A DNA stretch of 64,000 nucleotides from an uncultured Nanoarchaeota archaeon (GTDB lineage: Archaea > Nanobdellota > Nanobdellia > Pacearchaeales > GW2011-AR1), in NCBI GenBank assembly GCA_963743615.1, contig CAVUQF010000001.1, positions 43,411 to 107,410 on the forward strand. Direction: 5' to 3'. Positions 36,414-46,849 of the stretch are shown here, in pieces. Positions within the stretch are counted from its first letter, which is position 1. Each line of letters begins with the position of its first letter. Below the pieces are notes generated by a model that was not told the DNA's origin, did no database searches, and saw only the letters and a list, made by a program, of their open reading frames with translations. Made by a program: the position numbers and the translations under genes.

Positions 36414-37315
36414 TTTGCCTTGAAAAGAGTATAAAAATAACTCTTAACTAAGATGAACATGTTTACTATAAAATCTTTTCTCAACTTGAGGTTTCTCAAT
36501 CTTAATTCTGCTTCATCATTCTTTTTTTTGAATATTGCAACCATCGGGAGATAAACAAAAATTCTAAATAATTTATTTTTGCCATTTAAGTTTTTTATCG
36601 AGAAATAAATGTCATTTTTCATTCTAACCTTTAGAATATCTTTATTTTCCAGCGAATCAATAGATTTACCCTTCTTGTGGATTATTTTTACATAAGGAAC
36701 GCTTACAATCTTGAATCCATTCCTTTTAGCATTTAAACAATAGTCGGTATCCTCAAGCAGATAAGGAGAATAATTTTCATCTAACATGCCTATTTTGTCT
36801 ACAACTCTTTTTTTCACTAGCATAAACGCTCCCATAACATGGTCAACCTCAAAAACATCTTTCTTGTTTTCATCAAGCTCCTTTACAATCTCCCATTTTC
36901 TTAAATATCCTCCAATATTTTGGAGGCTTCCATCAGGATAGATAATTTTGCCCCCTAGAATTCCAATATTCTCATCACTCTCTCCAACTTCAATCATTTT
37001 TTTAAGCCAATCCCTTTGTACTACTTCTGTATCATCATTTAGCAAGAGGAGATAATCAGGATTATACTTTTCAATTGCTCTTTTTATTCCTATGTTATTG
37101 GATTTAGAAAAACCAAGATTATTTTCATTAACTATCAAAGTTACTTTCTTAAACTCTTTTTTTATATTCTTTGCTATTTCTCCTTTGCCAGAATCATCCA
37201 TCACAAATATTTTATAATTTTTATAATTTGTTTTTTTTAGGACGGAATTAAGAGTGATTTTAAGCAGTTCTTCCTGATTATAAGTTGAAATTATAATTGC
37301 TACTCTCTTCATCAT
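36410..37315 (-). CDS. Glycosyltransferase family 2
   Basis: NLGFSKSNN, LLNDDT, GAFML, EDTDYC; paralog of 33313-34239. Confidence 0.9.
   Translation of the reverse strand: MMKRVAIIISTYNQEELLKITLNSVLKKTNYKNYKIFVMDDSGKGEIAKNIKKEFKKVTLIVNENNLGFSKSNNIGIKRAIEKYNPDYLLLLNDDTEVVQRDWLKKMIEVGESDENIGILGGKIIYPDGSLQNIGGYLRKWEIVKELDENKKDVFEVDHVMGAFMLVKKRVVDKIGMLDENYSPYLLEDTDYCLNAKRNGFKIVSVPYVKIIHKKGKSIDSLENKDILKVRMKNDIYFSIKNLNGKNKLFRIFVYLPMVAIFKKKNDEAELRLRNLKLRKDFIVNMFILVKSYFYTLFKAK
36920..37038. repeat. 119-bp near-identical tract shared with 33841-33959
   Basis: Same tract as in the upstream GT2 paralog. Confidence 0.9.
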
Positions 37316-37317
37316 AT

Positions 37318-38142
37318 TTAACCAAACCAGTAGCCAAGTTTATAGGGAATACCTCTTGCAATCCTAAGAAGGTTACTTTCCATTGATAATCCCAAATCCC
37401 GGGGATAGAATCTCCTCATTTTATTCTTGCTATTTATTATATCTAAATAGACTCCATTTTTTACTAATGCTTTCGTTGTTTTACCATACCTATAAGTCTT
37501 CTTAAATAATTTAATGAAGTCCGAAGGTTCTTGGTGCCAAACAGCATTGTCTAACTTAGTTATCTTTTCAGATATTTTCTTTGCTTCGTAATATATTATC
37601 GCATGGTCATGTGCAACGCAAAGGGGGAGAATTTGTTTAGGGATGTTATCAAAGGCCTTTCTTATTACTTCTATTTTATAAAATCTCGGCAATATAACCC
37701 CCCCCACTGGGTTTAGGAAGTCTTCAGAATGTTTTTGTACTAGTTTTCTGTCTGCGTCATAAAGCTTTTCTAAAATAGTTTTTGGATTATATGTTCTCTC
37801 TTCAAGCCAAAGCATATCATAATCCTTTAGCAGTTTCACTCCTCTTTCTATTGTAGTTTTTTCAAGAATTTGATCTGAATCAAGGAGGAGAATATACTTC
37901 CCTTTAGCCATTCTTACTCCAATTTCCCTTGCTCCTAACAGTGTTCCTTCATACTGATAAACTTTGGCCCCAAGCCCCTCTGCGATTTCCTGCGTTTTAT
38001 CTTTGCTGTAGCTGTCTATAACAATTATTTCTATATCTTTGTACGTTTGGTCCTTGACAGATTCTATGGCTCGGGCTATTGTTCTTTCAGAGTTATAAGT
38101 GGGTATGGCCACTGAAACAAGCTCCGATTTAACTGTCTTCAT
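37318..38142 (-). CDS. Glycosyltransferase family 2
   Basis: VAIPTYN, VIDSYSKD.T, LLDSD. Confidence 0.9.
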   Translation of the reverse strand: MKTVKSELVSVAIPTYNSERTIARAIESVKDQTYKDIEIIVIDSYSKDKTQEIAEGLGAKVYQYEGTLLGAREIGVRMAKGKYILLLDSDQILEKTTIERGVKLLKDYDMLWLEERTYNPKTILEKLYDADRKLVQKHSEDFLNPVGGVILPRFYKIEVIRKAFDNIPKQILPLCVAHDHAIIYYEAKKISEKITKLDNAVWHQEPSDFIKLFKKTYRYGKTTKALVKNGVYLDIINSKNKMRRFYPRDLGLSMESNLLRIARGIPYKLGYWFG

Positions 38143-39182
38143 TTTGAGTTTAGCTCTTCTCTTTTTAGTTTGTTTAAATCTGACTCAACCATCATTTTAA
38201 CAAGCTCCTTGAATGTTGTTTTGGGTTTCCATCCTAAGATCTTTCTTGCTTTTGAATAATCTCCTCTTAATTCGTTTATTTCTTTTGGTCTAAAGAACTT
38301 TTCATTTATTATAATTATCTTTTTGCCATTTTGATCGTAACCTACTTCATTTACTCCTTTTCCTTCCCACCTAATTTTTATACCCACAACTTCGGCAGCA
38401 ACCTCCGCCAATTCTCGGATAGAGTGATTCTCACCCGTTGCAATAACATAATCTTGAGGTTTTTCTTGTTGCAACATAAGCCACATGGCTTCAACATAAT
38501 CTCCAGCAAAGCCCCAATCTCTCTTAGAATCCAGATTTCCCATTTCCAAATAATCTTTTCCTGTCTCCCTTTGAGGTAATCCTAATTTTATCCTTGCTAT
38601 AGCATCAGTTAATTTCCTTGTAACAAACTCTATTCCTCTTCTAGGAGATTCGTGATTAAATAAAATTCCAGAGCATGCAAATAAACCCTCTTCTCTTGCT
38701 CTTATTGTTGCTTCATGAGCTTTTAACTTGGCCTCTGCATAAGGACTTACCGGTTTGAATGGAGTATCTTCATTTTGAGGGCTTTTGGGAGTGTTACCAA
38801 ACATTTCGCTTGTTGAAGCTTGATAAAATTTAGCGTGAGGAACAATTTCCTTGATCAAATCAAATAATCTTTCGACTCCTAGCCAATTTATTTCTTTAGT
38901 AAAGAGGGGTTGATCAAAAGAAACTCTCACCTGAGATTGGGAAGCAAGGTTATAGATTTCGCCGGGTTTTACCTCTTTGATTACCTTGTACAAAGAAGAT
39001 ATATCAAAAAGCTCTCCTTCTATGAGATTAATCTTACCGCTTAAATGCTTAATTCTTTCAAAATGGGAATCAGTGCTACTTCTTCTATACATCCCCCAAA
39101 CTTCATAGCCTTTACTTAGTAATAATTCTGCAAGATAACTACCATCTTGCCCAGTGATTCCTGTTATAAGAGCTTTCTTCAT
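38139..39182 (-). CDS. gmd: GDP-mannose 4,6-dehydratase
   Basis: GITGQDGSYLAE, QASTSEMFG, FNHESPRRG, RDWG. Confidence 0.96.
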   Translation of the reverse strand: MKKALITGITGQDGSYLAELLLSKGYEVWGMYRRSSTDSHFERIKHLSGKINLIEGELFDISSLYKVIKEVKPGEIYNLASQSQVRVSFDQPLFTKEINWLGVERLFDLIKEIVPHAKFYQASTSEMFGNTPKSPQNEDTPFKPVSPYAEAKLKAHEATIRAREEGLFACSGILFNHESPRRGIEFVTRKLTDAIARIKLGLPQRETGKDYLEMGNLDSKRDWGFAGDYVEAMWLMLQQEKPQDYVIATGENHSIRELAEVAAEVVGIKIRWEGKGVNEVGYDQNGKKIIIINEKFFRPKEINELRGDYSKARKILGWKPKTTFKELVKMMVESDLNKLKREELNSK

Positions 39183-39233
39183 TTTTGATTTAATTTTTGT
39201 CAACTTTTAAACGTTATGATATCTAGTTCGTAC

Positions 39234-40388
39234 TTATGCTTTTTTATCTAGGATCTTATTCATATTTTTGATAAAATTCTTCTCATTTAAATATTCAAGA
39301 TTTATTTTTTTAGGCTTAATGTTTGATGTTATAAAATTCTTCAAAGATTGGTATACTTCTTCTACCATCTCTTTCCTATCGACTTTTTCGTTTATGCTAA
39401 ATACCTGTTCATATCTTTTGATCATCTGTACATATCCTCCTACGTTTGATGCTATCACAGGTTTTCCTAAAGATAATGCTTCAAAAGGGACAATTCCAAA
39501 ATCTTCCATGAATGGGATAAACACTACTGCCTTACAGTTAGAATATAATTTCAAAATCTCATCATCTTTCAAGTTTGTTTTTATTTCCACATTTTTTGTA
39601 CTCTTTATCATATCATCCAACTTTTCAAGATAAGCTTCGTTCTCTTTGCCTCCTGCCAAAACAAGATTGTATTTAGGATATTCCTTGTTGAATTTTTTCC
39701 ATGCTTCAATTAGGATATCTTGCCTTTTGAGAGAATTAAATCTGGAGAGATACAAAAAATAATTACCTCTTTTTGTCTTTGCGTTCTTATAGGTGCTTAC
39801 ATTAACAGGGGGATACACAATATAGTTTTCCTTATCCTTTAGCAGGTTATTATCGATAGCTCTCTTTTTGCTTAATTCTGAAATGAAAATTGCAACATCT
39901 ATCTTCTTCCAAGCCAATTTTTCAAAGATTTTGTATATGCCGACAAAAAGTAGGTAGATCGCTTTGGATAAGAAGTTCTTATATCTATTTTTTAAATTCC
40001 ACTTAATATCTTCTTTGTAAGCCGCTCTTAAAGGGGTATAGACATATGCAAGTGTTTTCTTTGGTTTATAATTTCTAATCGTTATAAGTTCACCCACCCC
40101 TGAAGTAGAAATTAGGAAGAGGTCGTAATTCTCTAAAGGAATTTTTGAGAATAGGCTGATTGGTAAGAATAATCCTCGGAGCAAGTACCATTTTGAAATT
40201 TTATTTGCAATTTTTGGTGCAATTACATTTATTTTGAACTTTTCAAACTCCGGATAAGTATTATTTTTATCATATGCCCAAGTGTAGAGATCTACTGAAT
40301 AGTCTTTATTTTTTAAGAGTTCTAAGATAACTCTTTCTGATCCCCCTTTACTTTTTATCCAGGGATGGAATAATGCAATTTTTTTCAT
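39234..40388 (-). CDS. Glycosyltransferase family 4 (Alg2/Alg11-like)
   Basis: FHP...GGSERV, YPPV, LSRF...KRQ, EDFGIVPFEA. Confidence 0.88.
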   Translation of the reverse strand: MKKIALFHPWIKSKGGSERVILELLKNKDYSVDLYTWAYDKNNTYPEFEKFKINVIAPKIANKISKWYLLRGLFLPISLFSKIPLENYDLFLISTSGVGELITIRNYKPKKTLAYVYTPLRAAYKEDIKWNLKNRYKNFLSKAIYLLFVGIYKIFEKLAWKKIDVAIFISELSKKRAIDNNLLKDKENYIVYPPVNVSTYKNAKTKRGNYFLYLSRFNSLKRQDILIEAWKKFNKEYPKYNLVLAGGKENEAYLEKLDDMIKSTKNVEIKTNLKDDEILKLYSNCKAVVFIPFMEDFGIVPFEALSLGKPVIASNVGGYVQMIKRYEQVFSINEKVDRKEMVEEVYQSLKNFITSNIKPKKINLEYLNEKNFIKNMNKILDKKA

Positions 40389-40396
40389 TTTATTTA

Positions 40397-41392
40397 TTAA
40401 ATAATTTTAGTAATTATAAGCGTTAATATAATGATTACTAACTGGAATCCATTTATTAGATTTACGACATCTCTTTCGTATACTTTGTGACTTGGTTTTA
40501 TTTTTTTAAGTATGACTAATGACAAATGAGTTAAACTATAAACCTTATTGTAAGGTAAATTCAAACTTCCATCTTCATTCAATTTTGCAAAACTTTCTTT
40601 TTTCAATCCCCCTCTGAGTTTTAGAATTACTTCAATTAAATAAGGAATAAATAGCAAAAGAGCAATTTCTTCCACTCCTCCGAGAATTGCAACTGCTGCA
40701 ATCATCGCGCCTATAGAGTAGGTGAGAACATCACCAGGGAATACCTTTGAAGGATATTTATTGAACAGATAAAATGCGAGAAGGGAAGCAACCATTATTA
40801 GACAGATTAAACTAAGCCAGGTAGTTCCAGACATGTAAGTTACAAATGCAAGCGCAGAAAGTATCAATATTCCCTGCTTTGTTCCAAGACCATTCCAGCC
40901 TTCCAAGAAATTAAATGTGGTCGTCGCTCCAACAACTCCGATAGGAATTACCAATAGAGGGTATAATAAACCAAGATTAATTCCCATCACAACAGAATTT
41001 CCTGCATTAACCACCATCAGAGGTACTGCAGCAAATAAGATGACAAGCATTCTAACTTTCTTACTTAACCCCTTTTTCCAGCCTAATAAATCATCTATCA
41101 ATCCGACCCCTGCGCTTATTAATAGAACACTTAACAGGGCAAATATTAATTCTAGAGTGCTTGCTCCATTGTTAAATATAAAGGTGTCTACTGCAATATA
41201 AGCCAAGATCCCGAGGGCAGTTCCGAGGAGAACCGTAACTCCTCCAGCTTCAGCAACTTCTCTCTTGTCCAGTTTCTGCATATCCTTCCCAACTAGACCA
41301 TTCTTATGGGCTTGCTTTATCCATTGAGGCAAGGCAATAAGCGTTATAAAAAAACTTATCAAAACTGTTCCAAAAAGCCATAAATTTACCAT
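40397..41392 (-). CDS. UDP-GlcNAc:polyprenol-P GlcNAc-1-P transferase (AglH/Alg7-like, MraY family)
   Basis: GKDM.K...VAEAGG, GLIDD, FNFLEGWNGL, NKYPSKVFPGD. Confidence 0.9.
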   Translation of the reverse strand: MVNLWLFGTVLISFFITLIALPQWIKQAHKNGLVGKDMQKLDKREVAEAGGVTVLLGTALGILAYIAVDTFIFNNGASTLELIFALLSVLLISAGVGLIDDLLGWKKGLSKKVRMLVILFAAVPLMVVNAGNSVVMGINLGLLYPLLVIPIGVVGATTTFNFLEGWNGLGTKQGILILSALAFVTYMSGTTWLSLICLIMVASLLAFYLFNKYPSKVFPGDVLTYSIGAMIAAVAILGGVEEIALLLFIPYLIEVILKLRGGLKKESFAKLNEDGSLNLPYNKVYSLTHLSLVILKKIKPSHKVYERDVVNLINGFQLVIIILTLIITKII

Positions 41393-41444
41393 TTTTGAAA
41401 AAGCCTTTTTTTGCTTTTAAGCTTTATGTAACATAGATCAGTTC

Positions 41445-42305
41445 CTAACTAAAAAGTAGGGGAGTTAAATAAACTTCCATTAGTCCAGCCAAGACTAAAA
41501 GTAAAATAGATATAAAAATCAATATCGCAGTATGCATTGCAATCTTTAGGAACAGTTTGTCTTTTATTCCATGTCTTGCAACACCAATGCCAAAAATTCC
41601 TCCGGCTAAAGCAGCAACAAAATACGCAGCAATTTCAGGGAATCCATGAATCATATATCTGGCTAATCCAAGAGGAATGTCAACGAGACTAGATTTGGCA
41701 AAAATTCCAATACTTGCGGAGATAACGCTTGCATTCCATGCTAAAATAAATATTGCCCCTGCCCCAAATAAAAGAGAAAACACCAGAGTAAACATCATAA
41801 CGAGAAGATTGTTTTCCAATATTGAAGCGAATTGCAATGCTCCTGAAGAAACGGCTCCTGTTACCGCATTGCTCCCTGGAAGATACTCGGAAATGCAACC
41901 ATTGACATTGCCAGGGCTATTTATCGCGCAATAAGTTCCAATTTGAGCATTGAGAAGATTACCATCCTGAAGGAGAATATACCAAAATGAAAAGGCGATC
42001 AGGAATCCAAAAAACAACCACATAAACGCATAAATTGCATCTTTATGAATCTTTAATACTCCGAAAAATCCATCTACTTTTTCATCCTGCTTCTCCTCTC
42101 TTCTAATTATAAAATACATGAATGGTAAGGAGAACATAACACAAAAAGTTACAACAATAACTCCTGAATATGCAGATAATATTGGATCACTTGAAAAAAA
42201 CCAATGGACTAAAAGTAAAGACAAAGAGGCATATACCAATCCGATAAAAAACATTTCCCAGGGTTTTCTTTCAGCCTTCTTGGGATTTATGAGAGATTCA
42301 AGCAT
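41445..42305 (-). CDS. SpoIIM-family membrane protein
   Basis: ILENN...WNAS..., HGFPEIAAY...GG, AGLMEVYLTP. Confidence 0.8.
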   Translation of the reverse strand: MLESLINPKKAERKPWEMFFIGLVYASLSLLLVHWFFSSDPILSAYSGVIVVTFCVMFSLPFMYFIIRREEKQDEKVDGFFGVLKIHKDAIYAFMWLFFGFLIAFSFWYILLQDGNLLNAQIGTYCAINSPGNVNGCISEYLPGSNAVTGAVSSGALQFASILENNLLVMMFTLVFSLLFGAGAIFILAWNASVISASIGIFAKSSLVDIPLGLARYMIHGFPEIAAYFVAALAGGIFGIGVARHGIKDKLFLKIAMHTAILIFISILLLVLAGLMEVYLTPLLFS

Positions 42306-42345
42306 CTATTTCTTAAAGAATTCTATTTTTTAAACATTCTTGCGC

Positions 42346-42744
42346 TTATTTTTCTTCTTTTTCCTGCTTCTGATATTCCTGAATCATTAACATAAATTCA
42401 TTGTTTATGGAATTTAGATTATTATTCAGTTCCTTTTCTACTTCTCTTAATTTCTTTATCTGTGATAGTATAAGTTCTTTTACTTCTGGGACTGTTCGGT
42501 TGACAAAGTTATTGTCTCCTACATTAATAGTTAAATCTTCAGAAACTAGTTTTGATTTTATATAAATCCCTTTTCCAATCTGCGCGAAAATTTCTTTATC
42601 TTTTGCTTCATTGACCTCGTCCAATCCGAGGTTTAATGATTCGAGTTCTGCAACGCCCCCTATAACCGATTGTAGCTGTTGTTGGAGCTGATTCATCTGT
42701 TGCTCCATCATTCCCAGCCTGAATACAACTTCCTGATTTTCCAT
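42346..42744 (-). CDS. pfdA: Prefoldin alpha subunit
   Basis: Coiled coils around EIFAQIGKGIYI...INVGDNNFV hairpins. Confidence 0.9.
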   Translation of the reverse strand: MENQEVVFRLGMMEQQMNQLQQQLQSVIGGVAELESLNLGLDEVNEAKDKEIFAQIGKGIYIKSKLVSEDLTINVGDNNFVNRTVPEVKELILSQIKKLREVEKELNNNLNSINNEFMLMIQEYQKQEKEEK

Positions 42745-42777
42745 AAAACTAACAATTAAAGCTATTTTTAAAACTTT

Positions 42778-43176
42778 TTATGCAACTTTCAATAGTTTCC
42801 TAAGAATTATACTAAATACCAATCCAGACAAGATATACCACCATATCCAACTTGGGAGCACTACTGCAAAAACTTTATTCATCCATGCTGCCAAAATAAG
42901 GAGGGGAATGAAAGTTATTAACATAGGTTTAAACGAATGTCTCATCAGTTCCATGGAGCATTCCATTACCTGGCTATTGATCTTGTTCATCTCTTCAATA
43001 TTTCCTTTAGCATCCCTCAACTTTATCTGGCATGCTTTTTGAATTTCCTTAAGCTCTTTCATTCTTTTCTGATTTGTAACATACTTGGTGATTATTGTGG
43101 TAATTAATACAACTAAGAAGGATATTACAATTATACTCTCGTTGGGATAAGAAGTAACCAAAGCAGCTATATTCAT
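42778..43176 (-). CDS. DUF106 (EMC3/TMCO1/Oxa1 superfamily) membrane protein
   Basis: TM-coiled coil-FKPMLITFIP-WIWWYIL; directly after secY. Confidence 0.9.
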   Translation of the reverse strand: MNIAALVTSYPNESIIVISFLVVLITTIITKYVTNQKRMKELKEIQKACQIKLRDAKGNIEEMNKINSQVMECSMELMRHSFKPMLITFIPLLILAAWMNKVFAVVLPSWIWWYILSGLVFSIILRKLLKVA

Positions 43177-43213
43177 TTAGATATAAACAAAAGTTAGTTT
43201 TTAAAATTTAGGT

Positions 43214-44650
43214 TTATTGATTTACAAATTTGCCCAATGAGGGGTTTATTATTTCTGGATGCTGTGATGCAATAGTCTGGTAAAACTGGTTTGTAATCAT
43301 AATAACCAGCAATATTGAAGTTCCAGATACCAAAGCTCCCATTAAGTCTGTGAAGGCTGCTAACAACCCAATTGCCAGTCCTCCCATAATCGTCAAAGGC
43401 ATTATATATCTGTCAAGTATTGTTTCTAAAACTCTTTCATCTTGTCTAAATCCAGCCACTTGCAGCCCAGATGAAGAGATCTTTTTTGCTACCGATTTTG
43501 CATCCATCTGAGAAGTCTTAACCCAAAATATGGCAAATACTGTTGAGAATGTCATAAAGAAGAGTATGTGTACAATTCCTTGTAATATATACTGTGGAAG
43601 GAATCCTCCCCTAATTAATAAGTCTAGTATGTCTGTGGATCCAATCCAGAAAGATAATCCAGAGACTGCCTGGCCCTGGACAAACTGTCCCAAGAAAGTG
43701 AAATGCGAGGCAAGCTTAGCCAATCCACTACAGGTGCCCCCTGATGAGCAAACTGTTGCAGCATTTTGGAAAATTCCTCCAAATAACTGAATATTTGCAA
43801 CTAAAGCAGCAGTCAAAATTACTGGGATAACAGAAGCATAAAAGAAAGATAGTGGCTGTTTTACAGTATAACCTCTTATTTTTCCGAAAGACAAAGGGAT
43901 CTCTACTTTGAGGCTTTGTGCCCAAACAACCAGCAAAAATACCCCGATGGTTACGGCAATTGCGGCGAATGCAGAAATTAATTCTACATTCTGTTTGGTT
44001 ATTATAGACTGAACCAAAACTAATATTTTTCCAGAGCAAGGAATTGTTGAAAAATTAAGAAGGCAATTTCTCCCCTGTTCATCTATGAACTGAAGAGAAC
44101 CTGTAATAAGCCTCCATGAAACCCCTGCGGCGATAAATAGACTTATCCCCTGTCCTATTCCCCATTTCCCCACAAGTTCATCCATGTAGTATATAGCGAG
44201 ACCTCCAAGAATCAACTGTAAAATTACAAGCCAGGCTAATCCTGGAGAAGCTTGAAGACCTTGCATTAATACATAAATTATAGCCTCAAAAATAATAAAA
44301 AAGAATACAAATAACTTCTGAATTCCCTGGAAGAATTTTCTTCCTTCACTTGTTGAGGTATCAATGTTTAATATTCCAGACCCAGCAAGTAATTGTAGAA
44401 TAACAGAAGCCATAACTATAGGCCCAATTCCCAATGAGATTATACTTCCAAAATTTGTTCCAAGAATTATTGCAAGATACTGAAATTGAGACAATGCATT
44501 TGCAGATAGACCAAATAAAGGTATATTAGACAATATAAAAAAAGAAAGTAATACTATAATAGTCCACTTAGCCTTCTCCTTAAAGCTAAGTTTCTTTTCT
44601 TCTGGAGATTTAATCTCCGGAATAAATTTTAGAATCCCTCTAAAATCCAT
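43214..44650 (-). CDS. secY: Protein translocase subunit SecY
   Basis: LGIGPIV.AS.ILQLL, KWGIGQGISLFIAAG, YASVIPVIL, GTSILL. Confidence 0.97.
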   Translation of the reverse strand: MDFRGILKFIPEIKSPEEKKLSFKEKAKWTIIVLLSFFILSNIPLFGLSANALSQFQYLAIILGTNFGSIISLGIGPIVMASVILQLLAGSGILNIDTSTSEGRKFFQGIQKLFVFFFIIFEAIIYVLMQGLQASPGLAWLVILQLILGGLAIYYMDELVGKWGIGQGISLFIAAGVSWRLITGSLQFIDEQGRNCLLNFSTIPCSGKILVLVQSIITKQNVELISAFAAIAVTIGVFLLVVWAQSLKVEIPLSFGKIRGYTVKQPLSFFYASVIPVILTAALVANIQLFGGIFQNAATVCSSGGTCSGLAKLASHFTFLGQFVQGQAVSGLSFWIGSTDILDLLIRGGFLPQYILQGIVHILFFMTFSTVFAIFWVKTSQMDAKSVAKKISSSGLQVAGFRQDERVLETILDRYIMPLTIMGGLAIGLLAAFTDLMGALVSGTSILLVIMITNQFYQTIASQHPEIINPSLGKFVNQ

Positions 44651-44652
44651 AT

Positions 44653-45129
44653 TTAGGCCTCTTTTTCAGATGGTTTTGTCTCTAAGATAATTTCTCCGCC
44701 ATTCCTTTTAATCTTTTCTTCGGCAGATTTTGATGCGCTTTTTGCTTTTATAAAAAATTTATTTTTTGTCTCTCCTTCTCCTAATATTTTATAAGACTTT
44801 AAATCAAGATCAAAACCCTTTGATGTTTTTTTTGCAATCCCCTTAGTGATATAATTTTCTAAATTCCTCTCAATTTCTTTTATATTAATCTTGTCTGACT
44901 TATCCTTTTGAGTCTTTCTGCTAGTTACTCCCTGTTTACCGAAGTAACTATTCCCATATAATTTTAATACCAATGTTTTTTTCTGATCAGCTCTCTTACC
45001 TGTCCCAGACATTCCTTTTCCCCCCCTGTGTCCAGAACCTTTAGCTTTCTTCCTGGCTCCTCTTCCATAAGTTCCCATTCTCTTTCCTCTGTACTTTCCT
45101 GTTTTTCTTTTCTTGTGTGTCTTTATCAT
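44653..45129 (-). CDS. rpl15: 50S ribosomal protein L15 (uL15)
   Basis: GHRGGKGMSG, YFGKQG, KILGEG. Confidence 0.95.
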   Translation of the reverse strand: MIKTHKKRKTGKYRGKRMGTYGRGARKKAKGSGHRGGKGMSGTGKRADQKKTLVLKLYGNSYFGKQGVTSRKTQKDKSDKINIKEIERNLENYITKGIAKKTSKGFDLDLKSYKILGEGETKNKFFIKAKSASKSAEEKIKRNGGEIILETKPSEKEA

Positions 45130-45130
45130 T

Positions 45131-45550
45131 TTATAACATCCTCTCTAAAAGCTCATTTATCTTATCTTTGTGATTTCCTAAAACCCCTCTTGGGTAGGAT
45201 TCCTTACTTTTTATTCCACCTCTAGGAGGATGAAGTCTGAAGAATGGCTTTAAATTTAAATCTTCATATTTCTTTCCCTTTTCAATCTCTTTTGCAGCTT
45301 CCTTTGGATTAATCTTTTTTACCTTGTCAACAGGTTGTGCTCTTTTTTCTAGCAATTTTTCAAACATTGAAGAATTTATTTCTCCGAATGCAATAAAATC
45401 CTTAACTTTTTTGATCATTCCTAGTTGTTCTTCTTTTGGATTGGTAATTACAACACAAGAATATTTTTTCTTTAATCTCAATCTATTCAGAGTTTCTTCT
45501 ACTTCCCTTCTCACTCCAACTTCTCCCCTTATTCTTATTAGGCAAATCAT
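45131..45550 (-). CDS. rpl30: 50S ribosomal protein L30 (uL30)
   Basis: LIRIRG...TL.RLRL, FRLHPPRGG, INELLERML; start at 45550. Confidence 0.95.
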   Translation of the reverse strand: MICLIRIRGEVGVRREVEETLNRLRLKKKYSCVVITNPKEEQLGMIKKVKDFIAFGEINSSMFEKLLEKRAQPVDKVKKINPKEAAKEIEKGKKYEDLNLKPFFRLHPPRGGIKSKESYPRGVLGNHKDKINELLERML

Positions 45551-46352
45551 TTTGTGTTTGTTTTCCTCAATGCATCTACGCATGCTTTTACTAGATTAAA
45601 TGTTGTTTTTCTCTTTCCAAATGTCTGACTGTAAACATCTTTTATTCCTGCAAGTTGAAGAACTTTTTTAAGTTCATCTGCAACAACAAGTCCTGTCCCT
45701 TGAGGTGCAGGGATTAATGTAACTCTTACACTTCCAGATTTTCCAGTTACCTTGAATGGGATTGAATGTAATTCATTGCAAGAGCAGTCAAAGCTACCAC
45801 AAGATCTTTTTATTTTCATAAGATTTAATTTTGCTTTTCTTATTGCCTTATCTCTTGCAGGAAGGGTCTCTTTTGATTTTCCGTCGCCGATTCCAACATG
45901 TCCATTCTCATCTCCAACAACTGCAAAGGCGGAAAAGCTTGCAACATTGCCTTCCATAGTCTTCTTTTGGGTCTGTTTCCATGCTCTCCTTTTTCCCCCC
46001 CAAATTTACCCTTTGACTGACCTATTGAAATCAAGTCTGACTTTAAACTTATCAGCGAATCTACAATCTTATCTTCGAGAATTTTTTTATTTTCCCCGAT
46101 TACTTCATCAATGTTTTTTATCTTACCCTCTTTTACTTCTCTACCTAACTTTGTCTTTGGAGACCAAGATAAAAAGACTTTTTCAGACTTTTCTTCCTTT
46201 TCTACATATTTCTTACCTTCCAATTCCTTTTCGATTTCTTTCTCTAATACTTTTTCACCAGCATTGATATCTTTCTCAACTATTTTTTCTGCGGCATCTG
46301 CTACAGGGGACTCATAATCTTCTTTCTTAAATATCTGTACTTTTTTGGCCAT
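45547..46352 (-). CDS. rps5: 30S ribosomal protein S5 (uS5), interrupted by a 1-nt frameshift
   Basis: 5' ORF WSPKTKLG...GQSKGKFGG and 3' ORF ...MEGN..VVGDENGHVG...PAPQGTGL join if the G7 run at 45995-46001 were G8. Confidence 0.93.
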
Positions 46353-46849
46353 TATTCTTTTTCTATGTTAGATTTAATTTTTTCATACATCTTTGAAAAA
46401 TCTTCTTTCAAATTTTTTCCTTTTATTCTATCTTCCTCGGGGAATAAATTTTCACCGCCATGGCTTATTTTTAATCCAGAGTCAATTAACCCCTTTAGGA
46501 AAGCATAAGGTTTAGTCTTTGAAGCAGAAGAAACCATTCCAATGTCAAGTATTGGTAGCTTTTTCTTTTCCTTAATTATCTTCTTACCGATTAAGAATCC
46601 AGTGAGATATGCAGCGGTAATTGACTTTAGGCTACCTTTGAATTCTTTGCTCCATCCATATTTTTCCAAATTTTTTGAAGTTATTCCTATTTCAATATTA
46701 TCTTTAGCTTCTTTTGTGGTTACATACTGTGCAATTATATACCTATTAGTTCTTCTGAATACAATTCTAGGTAATTCGCTGACAAGTAGCTTTCTTCTTT
46801 TTGAATAATCAGTTATTCCTTTCTTTCTTCTTTCAAATATGTTTTTCAT
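46352..46849 (-). CDS. rpl18: 50S ribosomal protein L18 (uL18)
   Basis: RRKKGITDY.KR..LL, RIVFRRTN, AAYLTG. Confidence 0.95.
   Translation of the reverse strand: MKNIFERRKKGITDYSKRRKLLVSELPRIVFRRTNRYIIAQYVTTKEAKDNIEIGITSKNLEKYGWSKEFKGSLKSITAAYLTGFLIGKKIIKEKKKLPILDIGMVSSASKTKPYAFLKGLIDSGLKISHGGENLFPEEDRIKGKNLKEDFSKMYEKIKSNIEKE

Noticed and set aside
45840..46352. Separate 170-aa gene or true rps5 pseudogene
   Set aside because: Both halves are otherwise intact uS5, and a single homopolymer indel explains the split
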